DNA of 64,000 bases from the NCBI GenBank assembly GCA_951406725.2, contig OX597838.1:8618001-8682000 (forward strand), read 5' to 3'. Below the pieces are notes generated by a model that was not told where the DNA came from, did not search any database, and saw only the letters and a program-made list of their open reading frames with translations. Origin of the DNA: Octopus vulgaris. Taxonomy: Eukaryota. Positions within the stretch are counted from its first letter, which is position 1; each line of letters opens with the position of its first letter. Below are positions 1 to 13,400 of this stretch, piece after piece. A program made the translations under genes and the position numbers.

Positions 1-13
1 GTTTTTTTTCCTT

Positions 14-164
14 TACGTTTTGAGTTCAAATTCTGTCCACGTAGTCTTTGCTTTTTATCCCATCCGGGGGTCGATACAGCAAAATACCATTCAAGTACTG
101 AGTCGATTGCTTCGACTAACCCCATCCTTTCAAAAGTTCTGGTCTTGGTGACTCAACCAGAAAC

Positions 165-165
<1 letters not shown>
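14..165 (+). mobile_element. SINE family B (MetaSINE-like), 5'-incomplete degenerate copy with (TAG)n tail
   Basis: B-box-like GAGTTCAAATTC followed by a CTTTGCTTTTTATCC..GGGGTCGATA core, similar to the copies at 24477 and 19228. Confidence 0.7.
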
Positions 166-238
<73 letters not shown>

Positions 239-490
239 ACATTAATGCGATTAATTATGATTACTTGTCATCCTTTGACAACAGTATATTAATTATATAC
301 GAGACTGTGCGATTGTATATATATATGTGTGTGTGTGTGTTTATACACACACACTCACACACATATATATGTATGAAAATATATATGTCTGTGTGTGTGT
401 GCGTGTGTATATGTATGTGAGTATGTATGAGCATATGAATGCATATATGTATATATATGTGGGGACGGTGAACGCTTTGGTGTACATAGA

Positions 491-576
<86 letters not shown>

Positions 577-704
577 TCTATGTACACATATATATATATA
601 TATATATATATGACCGAATGTATGTCTGTGTGTCTGTCTGTGTGTGTGTGTACACACGTGAGTATGTGTGTGATTTTGTTTTTTAGTATGAATGTGTGTA
701 GTGT

Positions 705-784
<80 letters not shown>

Positions 785-1039
785 TACACTTGAACACTGA
801 ATAACCAGCAGATCTATTAGATCTTCATATAGAACACTAGCATATCAAACGATAATCAATAAGGCGATTAACTTGTCGGATGCATAACATAAACCAATGA
901 TCACCTTCAGTTGAAGATCGAAGCATTTCTCGTCCATTAGAACCCGTAATCTACCCTGCCGATCGAAACTAATTCTTCTTAAAATTTAAAACTTCGTTTA
1001 AACTAATTCCTCTAATGCGTAGGTATACTTATATATAAG

Positions 1040-1071
<32 letters not shown>

Positions 1072-1138
1072 CATATATGTGTGCGTGTATGCATGTGTAC
1101 GTATGTGTATATAGATTTATATATATATATACATATAA

Positions 1139-1183
<45 letters not shown>

Positions 1184-1190
1184 TGTATAT

Positions 1191-1233
<43 letters not shown>

Positions 1234-1261
1234 TTATATATATATATATGTATATATATGT

Positions 1262-1319
<58 letters not shown>

Positions 1320-1455
1320 TCACTCGCACACACATAATTTATATCATTAAAATAATTTACATTACTTATTCCAGAAGCTTCTAAAGGTATTCTGTAATTT
1401 AATAGCGTTTATTAGCAAACGGATTCCTCGCCAGCACTTGTTGTTTTCGCGTTTC

Positions 1456-1522
1456 TCTCTACCATATGTTTCGACTTGTAATTCTAATATATAATGGCTA
1501 CAAGCAAGAATTCTTGAGGAGA
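1456..1522 (-). ncRNA. Degenerate type I hammerhead motif
   Basis: Minus strand: UCUC-CUCAAGA(G5 mutated)-auucuu-GCUUGUA..UACAAGU-c-GAAACAUAUGGUA-GAGA; stems I and II pair. Confidence 0.45.
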
Positions 1523-1589
1523 ATCTTTAAAACTTATGCAATAATTCTTTCCTTTTAGTTAATACACGCATACACATACACATACACAC

Positions 1590-1627
<38 letters not shown>

Positions 1628-1702
1628 ACATGTATATATATGATATAACATATATGTATATATATATATATATATTTGTATATACATATACATATATATG
1701 TG

Positions 1703-1760
<58 letters not shown>

Positions 1761-1903
1761 CATATATGTATGCATAGGCCTCGCTTAGATGCTGGGTTAG
1801 AGAGAATTCCACGCTTTCTTATAATATATAAATATATATTATAACAGACAAACAGATTGACAGACAGCAAGATAGACAGGCAGACAGACAGACAGACAGA
1901 CAA

Positions 1904-1961
<58 letters not shown>

Positions 1962-2034
1962 GGATTATAATATATATTATATAACATATATGTGTATATG
2001 ATATATTTAAATATATATCATTTATGTGTGTGTG

Positions 2035-2079
<45 letters not shown>

Positions 2080-2115
2080 GCAAACGTAATATGTGACAAT
2101 TATTCGGTAGCCATG

Positions 2116-2174
2116 ATAAAACTCCGAGTTTCGGATGCCGAGGTGGAAATCCACGTGACCATCTCTTCAGTTAT
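2116..2174 (-). ncRNA. Type I hammerhead ribozyme motif (Penelope-type), in a short element abutting (TA)n
   Basis: Minus strand: AUAA-CUGAAGA-GAUG..CAUC-c-GAAACUCGGAGUU-UUAU; intact core, palindromic stem III ACUC-G-GAGU. Confidence 0.7.
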
Positions 2175-3382
2175 TCGGCCATCGGAAGAACGCTATGGAA
2201 AATGACTGTTATACAAAGGGAAATTACTGTGTGACCGCTATTAAGACAAAAGAGATATTCGAATGACCGCTAAGTAAGGTATGGGGGTAAAAAGTTCATA
2301 GTATTCGCGTAAGCACGCCTGTTCATACCTACACATGTGCGCCCGAACACTCACATGTATGCATATTTTCATCCACTCTCACTTGAAAAACGTACACGTC
2401 CTCACTCGCATCCTTCGCCAAATATATATGCATATACATACAAACCCACACACACACACACATGCGCATCGTAAAAGTTCATAGATACGTCTACATACGC
2501 ACAAGCACAAGAAAAAAATAGGGTTAAGTGTAACAATACAGAAAAAAGGCATAAGGGAGTATACAAAGAGTAAACCACGTTATATACGTGATATTCTTCG
2601 CTTAACTTCAAACTGTCTTAAAAGTCTCTTGAGCGCAAAGAGCGGTCTATCCGGCAACGAAAGAGGAGCGGATCGTTGCTAATTCTAGATTCGAAGGAAT
2701 CTGGATTTGATTGTTCAAGGCACACAGAAGATCAATCACGCCATATTTCAAGACAGATTTATCAGCTAAATAACTTTGTCTTTTTTATATACGACTGTAC
2801 AAGTAATTTTCTAAAAGATCGATATGTTGTACAACTCTAACTTTTCACTAGAATGCTGAGTTCTGGTTTCATTCAAGCGTTACTTCCATTTCTAATCATT
2901 CTCGGAAAAATTCATCATCTGGCAACATGATTAAAATATTCGCAGACGACAATATTAAACAATAAGTAAATCATAAAAACTGCAGACGCCTATCTTATGA
3001 TGAAGCACTAACATACGACAAAACACCTCTCTCACTCTCTCTCGCACACACACACTCTCTCTCTTTCTCTCTATCTATCTATTTATCTGTATGTCTGTCT
3101 GTCTACCAATCTTTCCGTGAAGGATGCACTGTATCGGTGCAGTCAATATCGTCTGGGATACCTTCATGTTGTTCACTTTTTGTTATGATTTACATATATT
3201 ACACCAAATGTAATTAATCTCAACGAAAAATCGCCAGAAAGAACTCACTTTTTGCTTGCATATCGTCTTCAGTTTTCTTAAAATAAGCTCTAATTTTTTA
3301 CTGATTAATGATTGCATTCGATCACTTTTTTTTGTACATTCTCTGGGTCAAAAGTTATAACACAGAAACAAATCTTTAACAC

Positions 3383-3705
3383 ATCATCATCATCATCATT
3401 GTTCGACCGTGGTCGAGACTTTCATAGTCTTTTCAAATGGCTAATAATGTGTGCGCGCGCCACTACTACACACATTGGAAAGCATTGTACAACCAAGTAC
3501 TAAAGAAGATCTTTCCTCCTCCATGAAACAAAGCTGTTCCCGCTGGACGTCAACCCAGTATTTCTAAGCTACGGACCCAGTGATTTATTGTAAGGTTATC
3601 TCCCTAGATAGATTGCCTTCACTACGGCTAAGGAGCCCTTTCTACCCCCTTTAACACAGCCATTACTATAGAGCTGTTTAAGCTAGGCAGACGTTAATGG
3701 TGTCT
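3383..3705 (-). mobile_element. Non-autonomous RTE-derived bipartite element (5'-UTR motif plus extreme 3' end and (TGA)n tail)
   Basis: 3383-3419 matches the RTE terminus at 28432-28463; minus-strand GGCAATCTATCTAGGGAG resembles the GGCATCCATCTAGGAGAAGG motif at 27467. Confidence 0.5.
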
Positions 3706-4056
3706 TCATGCAATTAATGTTTTATCGCCTGTTTCTGTTGGGTTATTTTTATGGCTTGGGCAGAAGCACTGCGTCTGTTTGCGATTGAAATATTTGCCAA
3801 CCTGTAAAATGCGAGAGGATTTTCTCCGCAGCTCCGAATTGAAAATATTCAAAGCAGAATATGTTTGAGGAATTGGAGCAAGTCTTGTCATTTTGTAATT
3901 CTGACATTTTTGCGAGTGGCAGAAATAATTTTGATAAATCAAGAATTTATGCTGTTCTATTTGTCTGTGTTCTTCAAATGCACCGAACTAGCCACAGTCT
4001 GCGTGTGTGTTTATGACTAGGTATGTATGTTTTTGTGTATACATGCATATATGCAT

Positions 4057-4112
<56 letters not shown>

Positions 4113-4163
4113 AAAAAAGGAAGGAAGAGAATTTCGATTATCCCCACGTGTTGAGTTCTAATG

Positions 4164-4221
<58 letters not shown>

Positions 4222-4225
<4 letters not shown>

Positions 4226-4935
4226 GAAAAAAAGAAGGAAAATGCAGACAGTTTACATAGTTTTAATATATCTTAAACGAAATTACATTGTGGTTGTCGA
4301 CCGGTTTCGCTTTCACTAATCATGACATTGAATATATTATAATTTCGTATTTTCTTAAGAATATTTTAGTCCACGTTATGTGTGGAGAAGTTCGTGAATG
4401 CACTATTCAACAAGTAGAAAAATCTAAAGGGAGGTAATTGGTTATAGTTATTATTGGGGATACGGGAAGTAATTGTTCATCTTTCGGAGAGAGGATAAGT
4501 AAATATATATGCATAAAAGCTCAAAAGCTAAAGTAGTGAGATGAAATATGTACAGTGATAGGTATGTGATCCTGAATTGAAATACATACTGAGATCAAAG
4601 TTGGTTATGCGTTCACAGTTAGACGTGCTCTGTATTTTTCGATAAATAAATTTTATTTATTTAAACGCTCTTGTACAGAAATTGTTTCTTTGCACTGGTA
4701 GATGGGGAAAACTGTGAAATTTGGTTTGATATTCCCTGCACATTTCTCCATGCGTTCACTCAAAGGTGTCTGTCTACACCTTGGGAAACGCATATGTTCC
4801 TTGTGTAGTGCGGTTCTACGTCTAAGTGACATACTTGTTTGTTCTATATAGTCGTGATCACAACCTGAACAAGTTATAACATAAATTAAATTCTCGGATG
4901 CACTATATGCATATCGTTGCACGACTCCAAGCAAT
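4222..4935 (-). mobile_element. Penelope-like retroelement 3' end: GIY-YIG endonuclease remnant plus 3' pseudo-LTR region
   Basis: ORF 4653-4934 reads NLIYVITCSGCDHDYIEQT..LRRR..H (GIY-YIG with CxxC) and continues past a stop as NLFIEKY; HHR tail GAAACCGGUC at 4299-4308; ends in (TA)n. Confidence 0.85.
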
Positions 4936-5069
4936 CATAGTAATGAAACACGCGTAGGAATTTTAATACTTTAACATAACGTAGTGCTGATCCTTATTTT
5001 TCACTCAAAAACACACACACACACACACACATACACACATACATATGTATGTGAGTGTGTTTGTATTAT

Positions 5070-5410
5070 CTTTGACTTGTTTCAGTCATTAGATTGTGTC
5101 CATGCTGGAGCACCACTATAAACTACTTTTAGCACTTTTTTCAAAGCATGGGTACTTATTCGATCATTACGGGAGAAACAGACACACACACGCAGGAACA
5201 CATACATACACACATACACACACAAACATACACATATACACACATACACACACACACATATGCGAAAATATATATATATACACGGCAGATTTCTTTCAGA
5301 TTCCGTCTATGAAATCCACTCACTCGGCTTTGTTCGGCCCGAGGCTAGAGTAAAAGTCACCTCTCTAAGGTGCTACACAGGGGGACTGAACCCGGAACCA
5401 TGTGGCTTGA
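5070..5410 (-). mobile_element. SINE family A, degenerate copy
   Basis: Matches tail GTTTCAGTCAT..CATGCTGGAGCACC and head GGGACTGAACCCGGAACCATGTGG of the full copy at 43472. Confidence 0.75.
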
Positions 5411-5577
5411 GGATATCAGGAGATCGTAAATGCACTTCGTGAAGTTAGTGTTTCTCTGTGCGGGGGCGTGTGTGTGTGTGTGTGTATGTGTGTGTAGGTG
5501 TGAAGGTGTGTGAAAAGGATATTGTGTGAGAAGAACAGAGAGAGAGAGAGAGAGAGAGAGAGAATAAGAAGAGTGTG

Positions 5578-5620
<43 letters not shown>

Positions 5621-6110
5621 GTAACCGAGTGAATATGCACGTTAAGATTACTAGGAAGATGTTTCGTAAACCCTGTTTAAGAAGGTATTTCTAATTTCAT
5701 ACGCATGAACGCATATATGCACGTGACCTAGAGTTTATATATATATGTATATATATATATACATATATATATAGCGTGTGTGTGTAAACAGAGAGAAAGA
5801 GAGAGAAGGAAAGGTGGTAATCAGAATGATGAACGATGTGTATATTCCATATGTTTTTCATTGTTACACAAAATTGTAAAATTGGGCCTATAAAGAGAGC
5901 TGTAACGTAGCCGCTATATATGGTCAACATCACGTATGTATATACATGAATACACATATTTGTATACATGCATATGATTTATACAACATATATACATGCA
6001 TTCATATAGATGTATAATAGATATGTGCACAAGTGGTGTATGTAAATGCATATATGTGTGCATATATATGTATATAGACATATATATATACATGAATATA
6101 TATATACATG

Positions 6111-6141
<31 letters not shown>

Positions 6142-6400
6142 CTATCTATATATATATATGTATTTATGTATGTATATATATGTATATATGTATTCTCGTG
6201 CATATATGCATGTATATGGATAAGGATGCACGTGTGTGTATATGTGTGTATTTGTGTGTGTGTTCATGTGTGTGTTTGTGTGTATGTGTGTGTGTTTGCG
6301 TGTGTGTGTGTGTGTGTCTTATCCAAGTTTCTCTTTTATTAATGTCTATATTAATATATAAAAATTATTACAAGCATGAAAGATATATATCATATATATA

Positions 6401-6468
<68 letters not shown>

Positions 6469-6612
6469 GTATATATAGATATAGATAGATATATACATAT
6501 ATATACATAAATGCATGTATGTATAACCCATTTAGTCCTTTCCATCCATACGAGTATATATATATGCATATATATGTATATATATATATGTGTGTGAATG
6601 TGTGTGTACATG

Positions 6613-6643
<31 letters not shown>

Positions 6644-6666
6644 ATTGGTGGACATATATATCTATA

Positions 6667-6758
<92 letters not shown>

Positions 6759-7054
6759 GGTATATATATATATATATGTATATAAAGTTATGCATACACT
6801 CACACGGACACAGTTACACATCCACAGGCACACGAGCACATACGCATACACATATAGATACACACGCATATACCTATATTCGTGTGAGCGAATATTCAGT
6901 CTTAAGTAATACACGCATACGTCCACACGCAATTTACTGCGTATATATACATACACACACATACACATTTACATTTACATATATATATATATATATGTAT
7001 GTAAGTATGTATGTATGTATGTATGTATATATTATACATATATATATATGTGTG

Positions 7055-7117
<63 letters not shown>

Positions 7118-7534
7118 GTATATGTATATATAGATATATTCATGCATTATAGAAATACACACATATTTATGTCAATATGAATGTGTATGTGTGTATGTGT
7201 GTGTGTTTGTATGTGTGTATGCATACATATATATATGAGTGTGTGTATGTTGAAACACACGTATACAAATACATATATATATATTCATACATATATACGT
7301 ATCAAACATCAACTTTTTTGTGTTTTTTCTTTTGTTTTGTACGTCGTTCGTTTTTGTTTGATCTTATTTTATTTTGTTATTATCGCTTTTATTTAATCTA
7401 ACGTTGCAGCGTGGAAAAATTTGTAATTGAAAATTTGAAACATCCCAAGGCGGAATTAGATTAGAAAATTATATATACACACATATATACGCACAGCTAT
7501 ACATTCATAAACACACACACATATACCTACATAT

Positions 7535-7583
<49 letters not shown>

Positions 7584-7890
7584 CATACATACACACATAT
7601 AACTCGTATATGAGAAAGATGGATGGATAGATGGTCTTTCGATGAGGATTGCACAATTAATCGAGTAGATGTGGTACAGGGGGAGAGAAGTACCGTAATA
7701 TAATGTGTTCAGCGAGGGCAGTCGTTCAAATTACATCTTTGCTTCACACTTTAACAATGGCGGCAAGGCGAAGCAAGAAAGATAATTCGCACGTCGCCAT
7801 CAAAAGCTTGATTGCATGGGTGTCGTCTGCAAAATTATCGTCTGCTATTCGAGGCAATATTGTTTAGGCAAGCAATATGCGTGTGTGTTT

Positions 7891-7959
<69 letters not shown>

Positions 7960-8080
7960 TGTGTGTTTGTGTGTGTATTTGTATGAGATTATGTGTGTGT
8001 GTGTGTCTATATTTGTAAATGAAAAATGCAGATGCATTGGTGTCTATGTGCATGTATGTATGCATGCATGTGTGTGTATA

Positions 8081-8118
<38 letters not shown>

Positions 8119-8372
8119 TCTATGAGTGAGCGAGTGATTGTCTGTAAGAGAAAGTCGTCAAATTTGATATATACTTTCTGTATAGATAAATATTTATATA
8201 TATACATGTATGTATGTATGTATGTATGTATGTATGTATGTATGTATGTATGTATGTATGTGTGTTTGTATAAGTAAATATGAGAATGACAGAGAGAAGA
8301 TACGTGTGCAAATATGCTTATGTATGTATGCATATGTCTGCCTGCGAGGGAATATGGGTGTGTAGCGCGTTT

Positions 8373-8404
<32 letters not shown>

Positions 8405-8669
8405 TATATATTCTTCTATATCTACGTGTGACAATGACACATACAGGGAAAATCAATGACTAGTTTTTTTTGTTTGTTTGTTTGTTGTTTTTTTTCTCCT
8501 CCAGTCATAATGTTTCACTTGCATGTTTCGTCTGACTACAATCCACAATCTTCCTCTGTATATTTCCATCTGATTATATTATACGTTCGTTTATGTATTT
8601 AAAGATCATTTTAAAAATAATTATTGACTTTCTCGAATAATAATTGTGTGTAGAAAAAGTGTGTACGTT

Positions 8670-8885
8670 GCGCGACAAGCTGGCACAATCGTTAGAGAGA
8701 GTCATAGAAATTGCTCTGCAGTTAGTTTTTTCCCAATTCATAACATTCCGAGTTCAAATTCCGCTGACGTCGCCTTTATTTTTTTATCCTCTCAGGATCG
8801 ATAAGATGAGTACCAGGGTCGATGTAATCGACTAGTACCCCTCCTCTAAAATTTCAGACGTTTTTACTTTTAGTAGAAAGAATTA
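8670..8885 (+). mobile_element. SINE family B copy
   Basis: AGCTGGCACAATCGTTAG head, GAGTTCAAATTCC B box, GTCGATGTAATCGAC hairpin. Confidence 0.7.
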
Positions 8886-8959
8886 TTGTTATCATTCAGT
8901 AGTCTCAATTTTATCACGTGCATTCACTGCACCCCCGGGCGCAGCCCAGTATACATTGG

Positions 8960-9975
8960 GTATGTACTCTGGTTTGTTGTGGTGCTCTTATTTTCCCTGT
9001 ATTAAAAGTGCTTTACGTAGGATATTTGCGGTACCTTGTAGTGCTATTTTCTATATATACATTTGTAAGTCCTTTTTGCCTTAATATTTTTTAATCATCC
9101 CTAATGCACCTATTTTTATAGGGATTTTCTCTGTTTTTGGGCTCCTCATTCGGGTTATCTCCATTTCCAGATCTTTGTGTTTTGCTAGTTTTTCTGTTTC
9201 TTTTAGAGATACATCGATTAGAAGGCATTTTTTTCTCTTGATAATTTCCGACAAGACAGTTTTTCGAAATCAATGACGTAGGTTACTGGGAAAAACATTA
9301 AATATTTGCAAACAGGTCCCCCTTTCATCGAAAACCGGTGATTACCGTACGTTGACAAGCGGCAAATACCTCGAAACTGCAGTCCGTACGTGTCACTTAG
9401 GTTTACGAGAGAGGGATGACCTCCCTTTGCAAATACCATAAGGGCACAGAAAGTGTGCCTAAAGCCAGCTAGAGACGATGATCTCCTGGGGCTAAAAGCT
9501 ACAGTAACACCCACCCTTAGTGGTTAGCCATATTGAGATGGATAGTATACCTTACGTTATATCCAGTCTATTAGATTTGATTTCTCTATCTGTGTGTATT
9601 GGCATATCCGAGAATTGAGTTGCTTTGTCCTTTTCTTATGCCTTTTCTTGGATGTGGCTTTACCATCTTTGATTTGTTCCTATTCCATAGTGATGGCATT
9701 GCTTCCAGTGTGTACAGATCCTAACTCTGTCATGTCTCTGGATATATTCCTTCTTAACCAGGACCGGGAAGCCAGAGGCAATATGGTTTATTGTTTCTTG
9801 TCTCCATCACCACCTATTCCGCAGTTACAGGACGTATTCTTCTTCATTATGGGATTCTGGTGATTTCTGGAAGATTTGATTTTGTGCTGCAATGAAAAAT
9901 TCTTCCGCCTCTGCTTTGAGTCTGGAGCTTCTGAACCATTGTTGGGATTTTACTTTGTCTATTTCTTTTCTGTCT
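8960..9975 (-). mobile_element. R4/Dong-like REL-endonuclease non-LTR retrotransposon C-terminal remnant, interrupted by a ~300-bp insert
   Basis: Minus-strand frames give SQQWFRSSRLKAEAEEFFIAAQ, ETINHIASG..EYIQRHDRV, PIHTDREIKSNRLDI / EKKCLLIDVS..EKLAKHKDLEMEI..IGALGMI..GTANILRK. Confidence 0.85.
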
Positions 9976-10020
9976 ATATTTAAGAGATGAGGAATTATAT
10001 ACATTATTTACATTTGACGG

Positions 10021-10370
10021 TAGAGTAGCCCATCCCGCTCAAAAGATCCCTGAATAAATATTGTTTAAGGATGTTGAACGAAACAACCATGTTTCCAGAG
10101 GTGAATTATTCAAACCTCAAAGAAACCCTCTCAACACAAGGCTATAATGCTCCCCCACTACTTCTGCCCGAGATCAGAGGTGCACATATCGTCAGCCACT
10201 AAGGGACATGCTCAACTGGTTAAGGTCAATAACTGACAAGCAAATCTGTGGTATTGAGCAGAATATTTGCTGTAGCCCATCTTTTATACCAAGACAAAGC
10301 AATGTACATGATAACACTTTCAATCAGTTAAGATTAGACGCCATGAGAGCCACTGCCTGGTACTGCACCT
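10021..10370 (-). mobile_element. Family C ~555-bp (TAA)n-associated element, partial
   Basis: High identity to 36247-36600; followed by (ATT)n. Confidence 0.85.
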
Positions 10371-10375
10371 GGTCA

Positions 10376-10456
<81 letters not shown>

Positions 10457-10477
10457 TGCTGTTGTTGTTGTTGTTAA

Positions 10478-10913
10478 TTTCTTTATTGCTCACAGTGGGC
10501 TAAACATAGAAGGAACAAACAAGGAGATTAAGTCAATTACATCGACCCCAGTGCGTAACTGGTACTTATTTAATTGACCCCGAAAGGATGAGAGGCAAAG
10601 TCGACCTCGGCGGAATTTGAACTCAGAACGTAAAGACAGATGGAATACCTATTTCTTTACTACCCACAAGAGGCTAAACACAGAGGAGACAAACAAGGAT
10701 AGACCGACGGATTAAGTCGATTATATCATCGACACCGGTTTACATGGGAGTTTCGTTCAACATCCAGTGCGTAACTGGTACTTAATTTATCGACCCCGAA
10801 AGGATGAAAGGCAAAGTCGACCTCGGCGGAATTCGAACTCAGAACGTAACAGCAGACAAAATACCGCTAAGCATTTCGCCCGGCGTGCTAACATTTCTGC
10901 CAGCTCGCTGCCC
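10478..10913 (-). mobile_element. Cluster of tandem or nested SINE family B pieces
   Basis: Repeated CCCCGAAAGGATGA.AGGCAAAGTCGACCTCGGCGGAATT.GAACTC; head GGCAGCGAGCTGGCAG at ~10913. Confidence 0.85.
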
Positions 10914-10969
10914 TTATTATTATTATTAATAGCCGGTAGTCTTATTTATATCACGTGATTTCACTGCAT

Positions 10970-11170
10970 GTGTGTCTTTGTGTATTGTTTGTCCCCCACC
11001 ACAGCTTGACAACCGGTGTCGATGTGTTTACGTCCCTGTAGCTTAGCGGAACTTATAGAATAAGTACTAGGTTTAAGGAATGAGCCCTGGGGTCTATTTT
11101 TTCGACTAAAACTCTTCAAGGCGGTGCTCCAGTATGGCCGCAATCAAGTGACTGAAACAAGTAAAAGAAT
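10970..11170 (+). mobile_element. SINE family A 3' half
   Basis: GCTTGACAACCG..GGCGGTGCTCCAG..GACTGAAACAAGTAAAAGA. Confidence 0.8.
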
Positions 11171-11399
11171 ATACGTAATCCAAAATCTATTACTAAAAAT
11201 ACAGCTCATTCTGGTACTTGTAATATATATTGTGAAATTGGTACTTATTTTATCGACCATAACTGTAAAGCAAACACTAAGAGTCACTTTAAAGGTAAAT
11301 ACTTCATAAGTGATGCCTGCAAATGCAATGTCATTATGCAAACTGACAACACCTTTAAGTACCGCTATGATAAACATATGCATACATTTACTAAAAAAA

Positions 11400-11582
11400 A
11401 TATGGTTTTCTTCCGAAGTATTACTTCGACGAGGAGGTTTCACCCTCTTTCTCAAAGGCTGTCATTACTTTCGAGACAGTACTTCTTGATACACCAAACC
11501 TTTCGGCTGTTTTCGTTATGCTAGCGCCTGCCATACGAGCACCAACAATTTGACCTCTTTGCAAGTCCAACAGATCTGTCAT
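11400..11582 (-). pseudogene. Tc1-family transposase N-terminal HTH fragment (below the ORF-track cutoff)
   Basis: Translates MTDLLDLQRGQIVGARMAGASITKTAERFGVSRSTVSKVMTAFEKEGETSSSK*YFGRKP, a typical Tc1 paired-like domain with GRKP motif. Confidence 0.85.
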
Positions 11583-12087
11583 TTTAATGAATTTTAATCA
11601 CCTTTATGTATGTATTCTCATGCATATAGTGGTATATCTAGACATGCTCATATATAGTTAAATATGTATGTATGTATGCAAACATATATATACATATATA
11701 TATATATATAAACATACACGTGCACACATATACATAAATGCATATATATATATATATATATACTTATGTGAATGTGTTTGTGTCTGTGTATGTATATGTA
11801 TCTATGTACATTTAAACACCCATTAGATAGATAATATAGGCAAGCTATGCACGTGTATATATATTGATATATATACATATACATCCATCATCTATGTATA
11901 CTCAAGTAGTCATGCTTATCTATACATTCATAATTTACTCACATACACACACGAATGTATGAGTGTTTGTGTGCGCGTAAATGTGTGTGCGTATGCATAC
12001 ATACCTTTATCAACACACACATACTCGCATACATACACAGTTATCAGATATCTTATATATATATATGTATGGTTAATGCCTATCCGT

Positions 12088-12159
<72 letters not shown>

Positions 12160-13167
12160 TGCTCAGAAACGAATATCACCAGTGTGACGACGGCGGCGAT
12201 GGCGGTGATGATAGCGATGATTGTGGAGGCGGCGGGGGTGGTAGTGGTAGTGGTATTGGTGGTGGTGGTGGTGGTGGTGGTGGTGGTTGGAGTGATGGTG
12301 GTTGTGGTGCTGGTGGTGCTGGTGGTGCTGGTGCTGGTGGTGGTGCTGGTGGTGGTGGTGCTGGTGCTGGTGGTGGTGCTGGTGGTGGTGCTGGTGGTGC
12401 TGGTGCTGGTGGTGGATTATATATAAGAATATTATGTGAAAATATAAGAGGAGGGGATGTGACGGTGTGGGGTGGGGTGGCGAGAGGGCAGCTGAGAGAA
12501 AGTCAATAGGGGGACTATGCATGCGAAAGTAAGACAGAGAGAGAGAGAGATTGGGTGAGTGAGGGAGAGAGAGGGAGGGAGGGAGGGGAGCAAGGTTTGT
12601 GGTGTTGTGGCGGACGTAGTATGGAGGTGGGGGGGCTACTGGTACAATTTGCGGCGTAATAACAAGTTGAGGTTAGCCGTGTTTGGGTGCCAGTTTATGG
12701 TGGTGGTGGTGGCGGTGATGATAATAACGGAAGTTGGTATGGTATGGCAGTCGTGCTATTAATGGTTATAAGGTGGGGGGGTCGGTGGGCGAGTGATCAT
12801 GGTGGTGGTAGTGGTGGTGGTGGTGGTGGTGACATGTAATAGAGGTAAGATAAAGAGAAAATTGAATTATGGGTAAAAGATTGCGAGACTTTTCCACTTT
12901 CAACTTCCCTCGTATAATGGTTATAAGTGGTGGTGGTGGTGATGGTGGTGGTGGTGGTGGTGGTGCTGCTGCTGATGCTGCTGCTGACGGCTGCGGCGGC
13001 GATCTCTGCAATGATAGCAAGCATAGAATGATGGTGGTGGTGGTGCTGATGGCGGTGATGGTGAAGGCGATGGTCTTTTGTATTAGTTGTGGTGGTAGAA
13101 AGTGGTGGTGGTGGTGGTGGTGGTTTGTTGTTGCTATCATAATAATAGTAATTGTTGCAGTAGTAGT

Positions 13168-13231
<64 letters not shown>

Positions 13232-13277
13232 CTAGTAGTAGTAGTGGTGGTCTTTTTCCGTTAAATAGTATCGGTTG

Positions 13278-13319
<42 letters not shown>

Positions 13320-13335
13320 GTATAATATAATATAA

Positions 13336-13400
<65 letters not shown>

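Noticed and set aside
895-975. Possible decayed permuted hammerhead on the minus strand (CUGAAGG, GAAA)
   Set aside because: Stems I and II and the UH site could not be assigned
3820-4000. Possible exon after an acceptor-like TTTTCTCCGCAG
   Set aside because: No recognisable protein and no convincing donor
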